DNA from: a virus
Taxonomy: Duplodnaviria > Caudoviricetes
Reading direction: 5' to 3' (one strand)
IMG/VR virus record: IMGVR_UViG_3300038679_000357
Coordinates: 191,143 to 255,142 of that record
DNA: 64,000 bases
Below are positions 10,265 through 20,591 of this stretch, one piece after another; the first letter of the stretch is position 1, and the number at the start of each line of letters is the position of its first letter. The position numbers were made by a program, and so were the translations under genes. The notes beneath the pieces were generated by a model. That model ran no database searches, was not told the DNA's origin, and saw only the letters and a list, made by a program, of their open reading frames with translations.

Positions 10265-11063
10265 TTTTCACCTCCGCATCGTCGCCAACCTGATGAACAT
10301 ACAAATCAGGTCCGACTGCAATAAACAATTGATCAACAGAAGACGACATACTGCTTATCGTCCCTCCAGAAAATCTATATTCCACGGAAACCTTACTTCC
10401 ATTATAGGAATAAACAACTGGATTTTTTACCCCAGAAAAATACATTTTACCACCAACTGACGTCGAGGTTCCAACACCAATTTCGAAATGTGGATTTCCT
10501 GGAATTTCGCTCTTCGACGAAACAAAATTCTTTTTTCCAACGACAAATATCACACCATCATCTTTCATAAACGACCAGGCATTTTCAGAGCGAACTCTCA
10601 CCGTACCATCATCTCTTGAAAAAGCATAAATGCCGCCAGAATAATAGCAAAGAGAAGAGATATCTGTGAATGATTCGTAAATCTTCTTCCACTCATAACC
10701 ATTGAATGATAAAATCATACCGGACGGAGATGTGGAAGCGTACATCGTATCACCATCGTCAACAATGGACGAAATGGAATAGTCGCCAGTTTGCACGTAA
10801 ACGAATCTATTCCCAGTCGAAAAATTATGAATAAGTATAACTCCATTCGGAGAGGTGCCAATAAAGAGAGCGTTCCCAAAAACATGAAGAGACGAAACCA
10901 TTGGGCTGTATGTACGTAAAAATTCATCATAGGATATGCCGTCGATAGTCCGATATACAATCCCATTCTTAGACCCAACATAAGTCCAACCATCGTAAGA
11001 GCAAGAGCATGTTGCTCCACCAAACTGATCAATCGTAAATCTCGCCATCATAGATGTGTTCAT
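10242..11063 (-). CDS. Beta-propeller (WD40/PQQ-like) virion protein
   Basis: Repeated ~40-aa blades (YVGSKNGIVYR; LFIGTSPNGVI; MYASTSPSGMI). Confidence 0.65.
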   Translation of the reverse strand: MNTSMMARFTIDQFGGATCSCSYDGWTYVGSKNGIVYRTIDGISYDEFLRTYSPMVSSLHVFGNALFIGTSPNGVILIHNFSTGNRFVYVQTGDYSISSIVDDGDTMYASTSPSGMILSFNGYEWKKIYESFTDISSLCYYSGGIYAFSRDDGTVRVRSENAWSFMKDDGVIFVVGKKNFVSSKSEIPGNPHFEIGVGTSTSVGGKMYFSGVKNPVVYSYNGSKVSVEYRFSGGTISSMSSSVDQLFIAVGPDLYVHQVGDDAEVKSVDNTNS

Positions 11064-12844
11064 TCTGGTAGCCTCGTTCCTTTTACGACACCAAACGGCA
11101 AATCAGTCGGTCCAAGTATATCGTTTCCATTGCCTTCGGCTTCATTTCTTCCACCACCAGAAAGATCGACGGACAATCGATCGACGTTATACTGTCCGAC
11201 ATTCAGTCCAGAAACAACCTTCAATCCAGAATTAACAGTAGCCGATACGGACGCGCTTGCCGACAAACGACCATAGTTTGCCGCAGGAAGAGAAATAGAC
11301 CCTGAGTAGAATCCTGGAGGAATTCTACATTCCCTAATTACGACACCGAGATAAGAGACCTCATATATTTTCATCGTTATTGCGTCAGCTAAAACAACTG
11401 TATTTACAGCACTCGGGAATGATGCTGTATCACGATACCCCCTACGCACTCCAGCCGCAAAAATTGATGGGCAAACACTCCATTCACCCTTCGGTCGAAG
11501 ATACCAGTCAAACCACTTAACTAATCCATTTACATAAAAGACAAAAACTGAGCCTGAATTTGGCTCGACATCAACTCTCAAAACATCGTTTACCCCGGTA
11601 GAAATTGATTTAACTTGAGACAGACCCTCGTAAAGTCTCAGTCTATTCGACGCCTTATCATGAATATACAACCTACCATCAATAGACGCACCGCCAGAAT
11701 CTGGATCATTCACGATGATTTCTCCAGCAATAGATAGCAACCCCTCAGAGACAAGAGTCGCCGTGCCACTCCCAACATCAAAGATCCAAGCTCGACCATC
11801 AGATATTGGAATAATGCAAGAAACGTCAGAAAAACCACTCATTCTATTGAGTTCTACTAAAAAATGATCAAAAAGAACGACATCAGTTCCATCAGCGACC
11901 CACACATATGGACACCTTCTGATCGATTCCTCATATATTTTCGGATAGTCCATACCATCTATTTGAGTTACGGCGATGCATTTTGGAGATGAAGAAAGTG
12001 TTTTCGTTACGGCACCGCCATCAACCGAATACATTGACACCCACCCATATCCTGGAACCCCTCTGTCAGACACCCAATATATATCACCACTTGTATCGCA
12101 AGAAATCATTGAAAATCTTGAGTCACTCAACACCCCAGTATCACGTAATACAACCTGGTTCGACCACGGATCTGTCAGAACCAATGTATCAGATCTTCTT
12201 GACAGCGAAACATACCCGGTTCCAAAGCGTGTTTTAGAAAGCGAGGATACACCGCCCCTAAGATGCATCGGGACTGAGTCATACGTAAAAATATCTGCAA
12301 TTACGCATTCGTTCTGATAATCCATCCATTCATTATCAAAGGCGGTAAACTGACATCCATAAATACTATCCAATCCAGAAATAGGTGCATTCACTGACGC
12401 GGTACAAACTCCATTGATAAATATTGCGAAAGTAGCACCCTCACCGAGAAATTTTGTAGACCAATCCCAACAAAACTCACACAAAAACATCTCTCCAGCC
12501 TTGATAGAGGATATCGTATCGACGATAGTGTGTTTACCGTCCATTGTCCAGATAGACATTTCTATGCCGTTTCTAGTTAAAGCTGCATAAATGCCAGGTT
12601 GAATAAAATAATATCTGGAAGGATTAACGGCGAACAATAAATAATCAGAAAAATACGTTCCGGGAATACTTCTTGAATATACTCCAGATATGATGTTAGA
12701 CGGCAACGACATCCTTATGCCAACTGCACCAGTCTTCATTGAAAAAAGACGCGAGGAATCGTCGGAGTACATTCTGGTGTCCGACCTTACGTCCTTGACC
12801 AGAAACCTCCTTGTCAGCATCGATTCGGACACGGTTCCAATCAT
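11060..12844 (-). CDS. Virion protein: LamG/ConA-like N-terminal domain plus NHL/beta-propeller
   Basis: FAIFINGV...VIADIFTYD LamG-like segment followed by repeated WV/WI-x-D blades; 594 aa. Confidence 0.6.
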   Translation of the reverse strand: MIGTVSESMLTRRFLVKDVRSDTRMYSDDSSRLFSMKTGAVGIRMSLPSNIISGVYSRSIPGTYFSDYLLFAVNPSRYYFIQPGIYAALTRNGIEMSIWTMDGKHTIVDTISSIKAGEMFLCEFCWDWSTKFLGEGATFAIFINGVCTASVNAPISGLDSIYGCQFTAFDNEWMDYQNECVIADIFTYDSVPMHLRGGVSSLSKTRFGTGYVSLSRRSDTLVLTDPWSNQVVLRDTGVLSDSRFSMISCDTSGDIYWVSDRGVPGYGWVSMYSVDGGAVTKTLSSSPKCIAVTQIDGMDYPKIYEESIRRCPYVWVADGTDVVLFDHFLVELNRMSGFSDVSCIIPISDGRAWIFDVGSGTATLVSEGLLSIAGEIIVNDPDSGGASIDGRLYIHDKASNRLRLYEGLSQVKSISTGVNDVLRVDVEPNSGSVFVFYVNGLVKWFDWYLRPKGEWSVCPSIFAAGVRRGYRDTASFPSAVNTVVLADAITMKIYEVSYLGVVIRECRIPPGFYSGSISLPAANYGRLSASASVSATVNSGLKVVSGLNVGQYNVDRLSVDLSGGGRNEAEGNGNDILGPTDLPFGVVKGTRLPE

Positions 12845-12858
12845 TCAACATTCCTGGT

Positions 12859-13305
12859 CTAAGTTGCACTCGATGGAAAATTCACGTGATTTTTAACAAT
12901 ATCGTCAATCTCTTCAATAGTTGAAGATGATTCAATCATCTCTTTCAACCTATAAAACTCATTTCTGAACGCAGAAACAACATTAAAAAAAGATTGTTTC
13001 TCGGAGTCGCTATAAATGCCAAGAGCTGCATTAACAAGCTTGTAGTCAGGAACAATCTTATTTCGCATAACAAAAGACATCGCAGAAATCTCTTCGATCG
13101 CCTCATTTTTTTTAACAAGGACATCCAACACCCACGACTGCCCATTCCACACACAATAACGATTTGGTCTTTCTGAAACTTCAAAAAATGAAGAAGAGCG
13201 ATTGATGATATCCTTTATGTCCGACTTATACTGTTCACTATCCTCGTCATAACTACTGACATATGGAGTATATTTACCGTTGATTATAAAAAATTTCTTT
13301 ACCAT
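12859..13305 (-). CDS. Tail fibre assembly/chaperone-like protein
   Basis: ERPNRYCVWNGQSWVLD motif; lies directly downstream of the fibre gene. Confidence 0.6.
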   Translation of the reverse strand: MVKKFFIINGKYTPYVSSYDEDSEQYKSDIKDIINRSSSFFEVSERPNRYCVWNGQSWVLDVLVKKNEAIEEISAMSFVMRNKIVPDYKLVNAALGIYSDSEKQSFFNVVSAFRNEFYRLKEMIESSSTIEEIDDIVKNHVNFPSSAT

Positions 13306-13312
13306 GAAATCC

Positions 13313-14407
13313 TCACTTTGCTAACGTAGCACCTAAAATTTCAAACGATGCACTTGCAGCAGATGTAGTTGAAATTTCCAATGTCAATGAAGTCTGTCCG
13401 CTATAAATTGGGACATAAATTAAAGCCTGACCATACTGAGCCTCATTAGACCCACCAACACCAGCGCCGACTCTGTGAATTGCATAGCTTGTTCCAAAAA
13501 TAGTAGCGTACACATATGCATCTCTCATAATAAGATTTGAATCACATACCCCAGTACACCTTACATGAAATCCAGATATCTTACTGACATCAAAACCAAC
13601 TCCGCCGTTAAACTCACTAATATCATAGATATACGTTCCATCAGATGTTTGAGTTAAAGACAAAGTATCATGACTTATAATTTGATAACCAATTGACTGA
13701 GTTATTGCCCCAGAATATTTAGGATCAGTTTTCGTTACATATTCATTTCCAGTACCTGGAGGTCCATATGTTCCGGTAAGCGCTATTTTTTGGTTAGCAG
13801 TCGGGAAGCGAGAATCATTACCAGCCGCCAGTGTATTAGGTACCTGTCCAACATCTCCATTTGTGTTAAGAGCCTCGTACGTCACGTCACCAGAAACAAT
13901 AAACGCAGAAGAATGATAAAGATTCCCATGCGTAACAGGAGTTCTAGCATCAGAATTTCTTGGATCAGTATCTGTAACATACTTATTTAATGCGGACGGA
14001 GATCCATTTGTTCCATTTAAAGCTGCTTTTTCATCTGTCGTTGGAATCCTCGGATCTGAATCGGTAACATACTTATTCAACGCAGATGGAGATCCATTTG
14101 TTCCTGGTAATGCTGCTTTTTCATCTGCTGTTGGAAGTCTTGGATCGTTATCTAGTCCATCTTGAACAGCTTGTTCGACGGCAACCTTTTGTAAAATATC
14201 AGTGGAAGAAGCTACATTATAATCTTCATAACCAAAATATGGCAATACACTCCAATTTGTTACTCCATCGCCAATCTTTATCCGATCATGTCCGTCTGGT
14301 CTACGTTCTACGCCTATTTCACCGTCATAAAGAGCTTCATCGACATTAGTCCATTGCGTGCTTGACCCACGTCGATTCATAAATCTTGCAAATTCAGTTA
14401 TAGGCAT
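13313..14407 (-). CDS. Tail fibre protein with Mtd_N (major tropism determinant N-terminal)-type domain
   Basis: RRGSSTQW...LYDGEIGVE...RIKIGDGVTNWSVLPY N-terminus plus internal 30-aa repeats. Confidence 0.75.
   Translation of the reverse strand: MPITEFARFMNRRGSSTQWTNVDEALYDGEIGVERRPDGHDRIKIGDGVTNWSVLPYFGYEDYNVASSTDILQKVAVEQAVQDGLDNDPRLPTADEKAALPGTNGSPSALNKYVTDSDPRIPTTDEKAALNGTNGSPSALNKYVTDTDPRNSDARTPVTHGNLYHSSAFIVSGDVTYEALNTNGDVGQVPNTLAAGNDSRFPTANQKIALTGTYGPPGTGNEYVTKTDPKYSGAITQSIGYQIISHDTLSLTQTSDGTYIYDISEFNGGVGFDVSKISGFHVRCTGVCDSNLIMRDAYVYATIFGTSYAIHRVGAGVGGSNEAQYGQALIYVPIYSGQTSLTLEISTTSAASASFEILGATLAK
13962..14146. repeat. 90-bp (30-aa) in-frame tandem repeat in the tail fibre shaft
   Basis: GGATC anchors at 13962, 14052 and 14142. 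The unit encodes DPR(L/I)PT(A/T)DEKAAL(P/N)GTNGSPSALNKYVTD(S/T). A third, degenerate copy lies near 13720-13820. Confidence 0.9.
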
Positions 14408-14417
14408 TTTTCAGACC

Positions 14418-17400
14418 TCAATTGGAACTGCTACTGGAGCTGCTGCTCGAACTACTACTTGAACTGCTGCTCGAAGAAACAGAATCGAAAATTAAATCTA
14501 CTGGAACATACGTGTGTCGAGCGTCAACGTGCCAAAATGTTTCTTCAATAGGAAGACCCGTAATTCCTCCATCAAACACTTCAGGATATGGTCTTGTGCT
14601 AGAGGAAGAGGAGGAACTTGAAGACTCAGCCCGATTAAGAGCCAATACAATACTTCCAGCAGTATACGTAACCGAGAAAAAAGCCCCATCAACAGATCGA
14701 ACAATACTTTCACCAACGTAAGAGAATGTGTGCTGCCTTTCAGCCCCACAATCCCACACTGGATAGCCGCCACTCTCGCATATCACAAAATGATATCCGG
14801 AAATGACAACCTCTCCTGTCTCAGGGAACGAATAACGAACGGTAACGCAATAAGAATAATCACCAGAATCGGACGGCAATGGAGGCTTTGGAAGCTCTAC
14901 CTCACTACCAGAATACAAACTGCGACACATTCCAGACGAACTTGAAGAGGAAGTATCATTATCATATCCAGGGAAATGACTCATCACAAATCTTTTCGTA
15001 GTGTATGACGTCCATTCGTCATCATTGCCAACACGAACAGAAACATAATATCTTTGACCTGGCTGTAAATTATTGCCGCCACCATACAATATGGAAGATT
15101 TTGATGTATAGACAATCCCGCTATTCCACAACTCAGAGCCACCAGTAGTATGTCCAACAAGTACCTGAACTCTATCATATTGCATTTCTACATCTAAATC
15201 TGGAGATGCATCATGGCTAAGTAATACTGAAAGAGGATGGGCGATTGACAGTCGGGCTCCAGCAGATAATACTTCCGGTTCAATATATGAATCAGGAATA
15301 GCAGATGTACTTTCTCCAGACGAAGAAGAAGAACTTCCGGCAGAAGACGAACTACTTGAGGAGCTTGATGATTGCTTTTTAGTATATGGTTGATCTATTG
15401 AAATATTTCCATGTACATCGGCATAAACAATCGTGCCATCCTTTAAAGAAATGCCTATCGCCGAATCAGATGGCAGAACGCAGGCGGAGATAGGCTCAGA
15501 ATAAGTTTTAATTGACGAAGTAGTAATTTCTCCGCTATCAATATTGATATATTCAACAACGATCGTTTTGTCGATAACCCCAACTACAGTCCTAGATACA
15601 ACGAACAACGACGACGGGGTTAAAAACCTACTGAACAGCAACTGTTCCGATGGTCCATATTCCCTTACTAAAATATTTCTACCAGTATGAATGTTAGTAA
15701 CGTAAAGATTGTCCCTTCTCCTTGAGGCGCTAATCGAATCGAAAAGGACTCCGGACGACTCTATCGTTGGGATCGCATCATAAGAGACCATACATGATGA
15801 AATAATATCATATACAGCGTCAGAGTCAGCAACTCTGTACCCCTCCATGTTAACGATAACCTGAGTGGAATTATTTAAAACATCCAGCAAGGAAATGGAA
15901 TTTTCGCAAACAACAATCTTTTTCCCATCCGGTCCTTCAATGATGGATGATGGAGCGTCCGTCAACTGTATTCTATCATACCTTCTAATGTCCGATACTG
16001 GCATTCTGTAGACGATGCCACGCGAAGGAGAGAATGACCAAAGATTCTGTTCATCGAAAGAAGAAACAGAAATATCGTCTGCAACACGACAAGAAGCGAT
16101 CAGCGATCCATCAAAAATGTTGTGAAAATAAACATATCCCAGGCATGCGTATGATAATCTATCGCCATATACAGCAACTGATCCAACTCGACCGTTTGCC
16201 TTAATGGGATCGTAAACAATATACCCCTTATCTCCGCGAGCCATTCGTACAACTTCACCAAGTATACCTACGGCAAAAACGTCAGCAATGGAATCTCCAG
16301 AATAATTCCACATAAACACAGGTGATCGTCGTATTTCACCAATCCGAGGATCATCAGAAAGAGCACAGTCTACAGATAATCTCGTGCCCTCCATTCCCAC
16401 GCGGTTAAAATGATACGAATCAACAGATAAAATTTTATCTGGAGTGCTATCACCATCGCCAAAATAATAAAAATCAGGATCTTCTGACGCAACACACTCT
16501 GACTCGTACGGGAGAATTGTACCTGGAGATCCATCCGTAGCGGTAAACGTCCCGGTAAAACCACCAATCACCCCATCAAATTGAGGCAAAGACTGCTTAA
16601 ACATGCCGTCTTGTGCAGACCAATCGGCATCAACAACCATTACGTCGCCGCTAATGATTGAGGATTTTCTCGATAAAACAGAAGCACCCAAGTCAAGCGC
16701 AACCACATACTTGTTTTGCGAGATATCTTCACACGATACATATATGTTCCCGGCATCCATCTCAACACCAAGGGCGGAGAATCCAACCAATCTGGCTGTC
16801 CAACCAGAACTAGACAACGGAACATATGTCACTCCACCAGAAGCAGGAGAGGCATAAATAAAAGCATCAGAAGATGGGGAGTATTTCAGTGTGTATGGAC
16901 TATCAAACCCATCTCTACGAAAAATTGATGAAAGCGGGTTAACGGACGAAATACATGATATTTTATCCCAAGAAGCATCGCGATTGACTATAGATAAAGA
17001 AAGATCAAGAAGAAGAACTTCATTATCTGTAGCAATAAAAAGTTGATCCTCTCTCTCTTGCACCGCCATAAACATGACGTCTTGATAACTCTCATCTGCA
17101 GCATACCCCACGTCAAACGACACTGTATGCACCCCCGTGCGAGAAGAGAATACAGTATACCTGGCTACCTTATCCCCATCGTACGTGTATATCCTGGAAT
17201 TTTTTACTGAGTATGCAAACATGTACGCAGGATCAATTTCAATAGATGCGTAAATAAAGCCGTCAAGCTGATCAATGGCGTGAACATATCCATCGGTAAA
17301 GGCAAGAATCAACAATCTCTCTGGATCTTCAATAATATCTAAAACATCGTCCGTAAGATCGACGGAGAATATCTCCATATTTTCAGCAGAATATTTACGA

Positions 17401-18830
17401 ACAAACTGCCCTGATCTAACAATTAAATCGGATGAAAAAAGCAAGCAAATCGCACCTTCAATACTAACCGGAACGCTAGAAACCTTCATTGTTCGAATCA
17501 TCGCAGTGCCAATATCGTTTCTCATCGCGTAAACGATACTTGAACTCGTTCCTGGGACAATCACCCGAAAAGAAAAGCCAGAATGATCGGCGATAACAAA
17601 TCCAGAAGATGAACCATTTACTCTAACCAAACCTCCAGGATTACCCTCTGGCGTAAAGCCAGCGACGATATCATTCTGTAAAACTGCAAGACAATCTCCG
17701 TGCATTCCACCAATTGCCAGTGACACCGGAGAAATATCTACAAACAATCTTTCCTGTTCCATCCATAGGGATCTACCAGTGAAACTGATCCCGTTTTTTG
17801 ATGATCGACCAGAGTCTCCAATAGCCAGCCCCAACTTAGAATAGCCACCGCAAACATCATCCCACCCCATCTGTGAATCACTATACCGATAACCCTCAAA
17901 TTCACCGCTGGGAGAAAACAAAAAAACAGCCGGAGAAAGAGCATCAGAATGAAATGCCTTAACAGCCATTCTTCCATCACTAGAAGATGCGACAGCATAT
18001 GGGAATCTCATAGCCTGATAAGAAACTACATTATGCCCAGAGTCCGTTAGATCGTTGCGAGGAACCGACACAATGCGGTGGTTCCCGCAATCACAGATAA
18101 ACAGCCTATCTCTGGATAAACAAACGGCACGCGGATGAAGCAGTGATGTACCTCCGACTGATTCAAGCCTACTTCCAGTACCGTCAGTCATTGAAATTCT
18201 AACCAGACTTCCACCATACGCCGCTTTATCGCCATATATTCTAACAGAATCAACAATGTATACGGTAGACGTAAGACGATCGGCAACGGCATGAATTGGA
18301 CGAACTACCTTGACAGAAGAGACAAACGGAGTGAAATCTCCCGTGGCGACATCAAATAACCTCAAAAAACATGGTTGCGCCCCACCTACTGAAAACATTC
18401 CAGCAAGAACTCCTTCACCGTCTCTTACCGGAAGGTAAAAAACAGTCCCATTAAGGTTTGGTACAGTAGAAGGTCCATATTGTACCTTTTTACCATCGGC
18501 GACGCAAAACCGATCGGCGACATCTTCATATCCGTGTGTATCTGTAATATCCAACGGAATCTCAGAAAATGGTGAAAAATATCCCAATTTTTGAACAACA
18601 TCGCCATAATCCGGGTAATCTCCACTCACCGACCATCCAACTAAATCAGCATCAACTGACTGATAATCAAACGCTACAGAAGTAGAAGGGATAGCTCCAC
18701 GTGTATCCACGTACACAACATAATCAATCGTTCCGGAAGAAAGAGAACAACCCGGAATCGGTCCAACTGGTCTCCTCCTTGCCGGAGGATAGTGCGTACC
18801 AGAAGATGGCTCATAAACGCCCATATTCAC
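14418..18830 (-). CDS. Large multi-beta-propeller (NHL/YVTN-like) virion protein with four poly-Ser tracts, one C-terminal
   Basis: 1470 aa; LHPRAVCL...LFICDCGNHRIV NHL repeat, an FN3-like segment (QRYYVSVRV) and an 18-Ser C-terminal tail. Confidence 0.75.
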   Translation of the reverse strand: MNMGVYEPSSGTHYPPARRRPVGPIPGCSLSSGTIDYVVYVDTRGAIPSTSVAFDYQSVDADLVGWSVSGDYPDYGDVVQKLGYFSPFSEIPLDITDTHGYEDVADRFCVADGKKVQYGPSTVPNLNGTVFYLPVRDGEGVLAGMFSVGGAQPCFLRLFDVATGDFTPFVSSVKVVRPIHAVADRLTSTVYIVDSVRIYGDKAAYGGSLVRISMTDGTGSRLESVGGTSLLHPRAVCLSRDRLFICDCGNHRIVSVPRNDLTDSGHNVVSYQAMRFPYAVASSSDGRMAVKAFHSDALSPAVFLFSPSGEFEGYRYSDSQMGWDDVCGGYSKLGLAIGDSGRSSKNGISFTGRSLWMEQERLFVDISPVSLAIGGMHGDCLAVLQNDIVAGFTPEGNPGGLVRVNGSSSGFVIADHSGFSFRVIVPGTSSSIVYAMRNDIGTAMIRTMKVSSVPVSIEGAICLLFSSDLIVRSGQFVRKYSAENMEIFSVDLTDDVLDIIEDPERLLILAFTDGYVHAIDQLDGFIYASIEIDPAYMFAYSVKNSRIYTYDGDKVARYTVFSSRTGVHTVSFDVGYAADESYQDVMFMAVQEREDQLFIATDNEVLLLDLSLSIVNRDASWDKISCISSVNPLSSIFRRDGFDSPYTLKYSPSSDAFIYASPASGGVTYVPLSSSGWTARLVGFSALGVEMDAGNIYVSCEDISQNKYVVALDLGASVLSRKSSIISGDVMVVDADWSAQDGMFKQSLPQFDGVIGGFTGTFTATDGSPGTILPYESECVASEDPDFYYFGDGDSTPDKILSVDSYHFNRVGMEGTRLSVDCALSDDPRIGEIRRSPVFMWNYSGDSIADVFAVGILGEVVRMARGDKGYIVYDPIKANGRVGSVAVYGDRLSYACLGYVYFHNIFDGSLIASCRVADDISVSSFDEQNLWSFSPSRGIVYRMPVSDIRRYDRIQLTDAPSSIIEGPDGKKIVVCENSISLLDVLNNSTQVIVNMEGYRVADSDAVYDIISSCMVSYDAIPTIESSGVLFDSISASRRRDNLYVTNIHTGRNILVREYGPSEQLLFSRFLTPSSLFVVSRTVVGVIDKTIVVEYINIDSGEITTSSIKTYSEPISACVLPSDSAIGISLKDGTIVYADVHGNISIDQPYTKKQSSSSSSSSSSAGSSSSSSGESTSAIPDSYIEPEVLSAGARLSIAHPLSVLLSHDASPDLDVEMQYDRVQVLVGHTTGGSELWNSGIVYTSKSSILYGGGNNLQPGQRYYVSVRVGNDDEWTSYTTKRFVMSHFPGYDNDTSSSSSSGMCRSLYSGSEVELPKPPLPSDSGDYSYCVTVRYSFPETGEVVISGYHFVICESGGYPVWDCGAERQHTFSYVGESIVRSVDGAFFSVTYTAGSIVLALNRAESSSSSSSSSTRPYPEVFDGGITGLPIEETFWHVDARHTYVPVDLIFDSVSSSSSSSSSSSSSSSSSSN

Positions 18831-18834
18831 CTGT

Positions 18835-19473
18835 TTAACAAATAGTTCTGCGGATCAACAACGTGGTTATGTTGGGTAATGCTTCATTCCATCGTTTGCG
18901 GATCAAATCTTCTACGTTCGACCAAGCAACAACAACTGCATCTGGTTTTGTCCTATTTATCCAATCCACAACCCCATCCCTGTATAAGTGGTACAAATGC
19001 TCGCCAGGTTTAAAATGACGCCACCCCATCAACTCGAAGAAACTAGCCACATCTGGTGTCTCCGGAAATGACAACAGACAATATTCCCACTTCATTAAAA
19101 ATAAGTCGTTGATATTTTCAAAGTGTTCAAGAACATCACTCAAAACAACCAGACCCCACGTCCTTGAATAGAGATCGTCCCTACTAATTACATTTTCTCC
19201 AACAACATCATATTCGCAGACCTCCTTGAATTTCCCGCGACAACAGTTGGCAAATATCCCATTCCCGCTTCCTACATCAACCATCGACATTTCTTTAATT
19301 TTCTCGTAAGGAATGTAAGCACACATAAACCCCATCCTAAGATAGGACATCTCTACATTAGTGCTCTGTTTTGCTTTATAAGAATCATCATAGACGATTC
19401 TATGTTGATCAACCTGCTTGATAAAACCATTTTCGTAGGCATACCCAGTAGGAAGATCTAACTCCGCTCTCAT
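18835..19473 (-). CDS. Class I SAM-dependent methyltransferase (glycan-modifying type)
   Basis: Motif I MVDVGSGNG and LVVLSDVLEHF motif. Confidence 0.8.
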   Translation of the reverse strand: MRAELDLPTGYAYENGFIKQVDQHRIVYDDSYKAKQSTNVEMSYLRMGFMCAYIPYEKIKEMSMVDVGSGNGIFANCCRGKFKEVCEYDVVGENVISRDDLYSRTWGLVVLSDVLEHFENINDLFLMKWEYCLLSFPETPDVASFFELMGWRHFKPGEHLYHLYRDGVVDWINRTKPDAVVVAWSNVEDLIRKRWNEALPNITTLLIRRTIC

Positions 19474-19475
19474 TT

Positions 19476-20588
19476 TTACCTAAACTTTTTTATCTCATTT
19501 TCCAGTGCCTTACGCCGCTTCTGCATGTATTCAATCTCCTTCACTGGAATGATATTATTTAACTCACTCAAAGATATACAGCAATCAAATTGCAGATATA
19601 AGAAGAAGGACTGAACAAGATCAAAAACCGACTCCCTTCTCTTCCTACTATTCTGGTCATATTTCCCATCCATTTGAGTAAGAAGTTTCGGTATATTGTC
19701 GTCTTTTAAATGTCGTTCTCCCTTTTCACTAGCCCAATCCCTTCCATGAAACGCCCTAACATGCTCATGGGTTTCAGAGAAAAACATGCACTTCGGTCTG
19801 TATCCACTATCTGTAATAATAGTTCCTTCGGGAAGAGACATTAACCTGGGAAGAAGTGATGTTCTATAAATAGAATAATGAACGTTCGTCCAAAGATGAG
19901 ACGCAAGAACCAACATATTTTCCTTGACGCCATTCTTCAACAAAACAAGGTTCATTGTTTCGAGATCGCCGGTAAACGGCCAGGTGTTATCCATTCCAAT
20001 TTTCAGACGATGATCAAACACATCAAGAAAAACATCACCATACTTCCTCGCATCAATAAACATCGGAGTGTTACAGACAAACTTACCGTCAACTGTATCG
20101 TTTTTGAAAAATGGAGTTCTTTTGTCTCCATCAACATAACATGGGCATGAACCCTTTGTTTGGTCGGTTTTGTAATACCGAACAACATTATCATTCACCG
20201 CGACAACAACCGAAGTATTAGCTGCGATCTCAAACAGTTCTCGAACACCGGAAACGAGAAAAATATCAGTGTCAATAAAGCAAATTGACTTGTATTGTGT
20301 TCCTACTTCAGCCATGATTTTGTAACGGTAATACTTTACCGTCATAACCTTACCGAGCTTGGAATCCTTTGGTAGCGTTACTATCGGTATGAAGCGCACC
20401 TTAGTTTCCATTCCGCAACATTTGTTTTCTATAAACGACCTATATTTCTCCGTAACACTTTCATCATGTATAACAACAACGTCAGCATATTTACCGCACC
20501 CAAACAGTTCAATACTATTTAATAGCGCGTTAAATAAATAGGTGTAATTATCGGTAAGACTTAGAAAAAACGCATGGTCTTTCACCAA
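19476..20588 (-). CDS. Glycosyltransferase, GT-A fold (GT8-like)
   Basis: N-terminal LSLTDNY..LFNALLNSI, KYYRY, DxD in CFIDTDIF, and GDLETMN motif. Confidence 0.7.
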   Translation of the reverse strand: MVKDHAFFLSLTDNYTYLFNALLNSIELFGCGKYADVVVIHDESVTEKYRSFIENKCCGMETKVRFIPIVTLPKDSKLGKVMTVKYYRYKIMAEVGTQYKSICFIDTDIFLVSGVRELFEIAANTSVVVAVNDNVVRYYKTDQTKGSCPCYVDGDKRTPFFKNDTVDGKFVCNTPMFIDARKYGDVFLDVFDHRLKIGMDNTWPFTGDLETMNLVLLKNGVKENMLVLASHLWTNVHYSIYRTSLLPRLMSLPEGTIITDSGYRPKCMFFSETHEHVRAFHGRDWASEKGERHLKDDNIPKLLTQMDGKYDQNSRKRRESVFDLVQSFFLYLQFDCCISLSELNNIIPVKEIEYMQKRRKALENEIKKFR

Positions 20589-20591
20589 AAA

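Noticed and set aside
13313-14407. Diversity-generating retroelement suggested by the Mtd_N domain
   Set aside because: No reverse transcriptase or TR/VR pair is visible. The 90-bp repeats are tandem, in-frame and differ at non-adenine positions.
14422-14721. ORF MELLLELLLELLLELL...
   Set aside because: It is the antisense reading of the poly-Ser tail.
18835-19473. DNA methyltransferase / restriction-modification system
   Set aside because: It lacks catalytic DPPY/NPPY/PC motifs, and its sequence and context fit glycan-type MTases.
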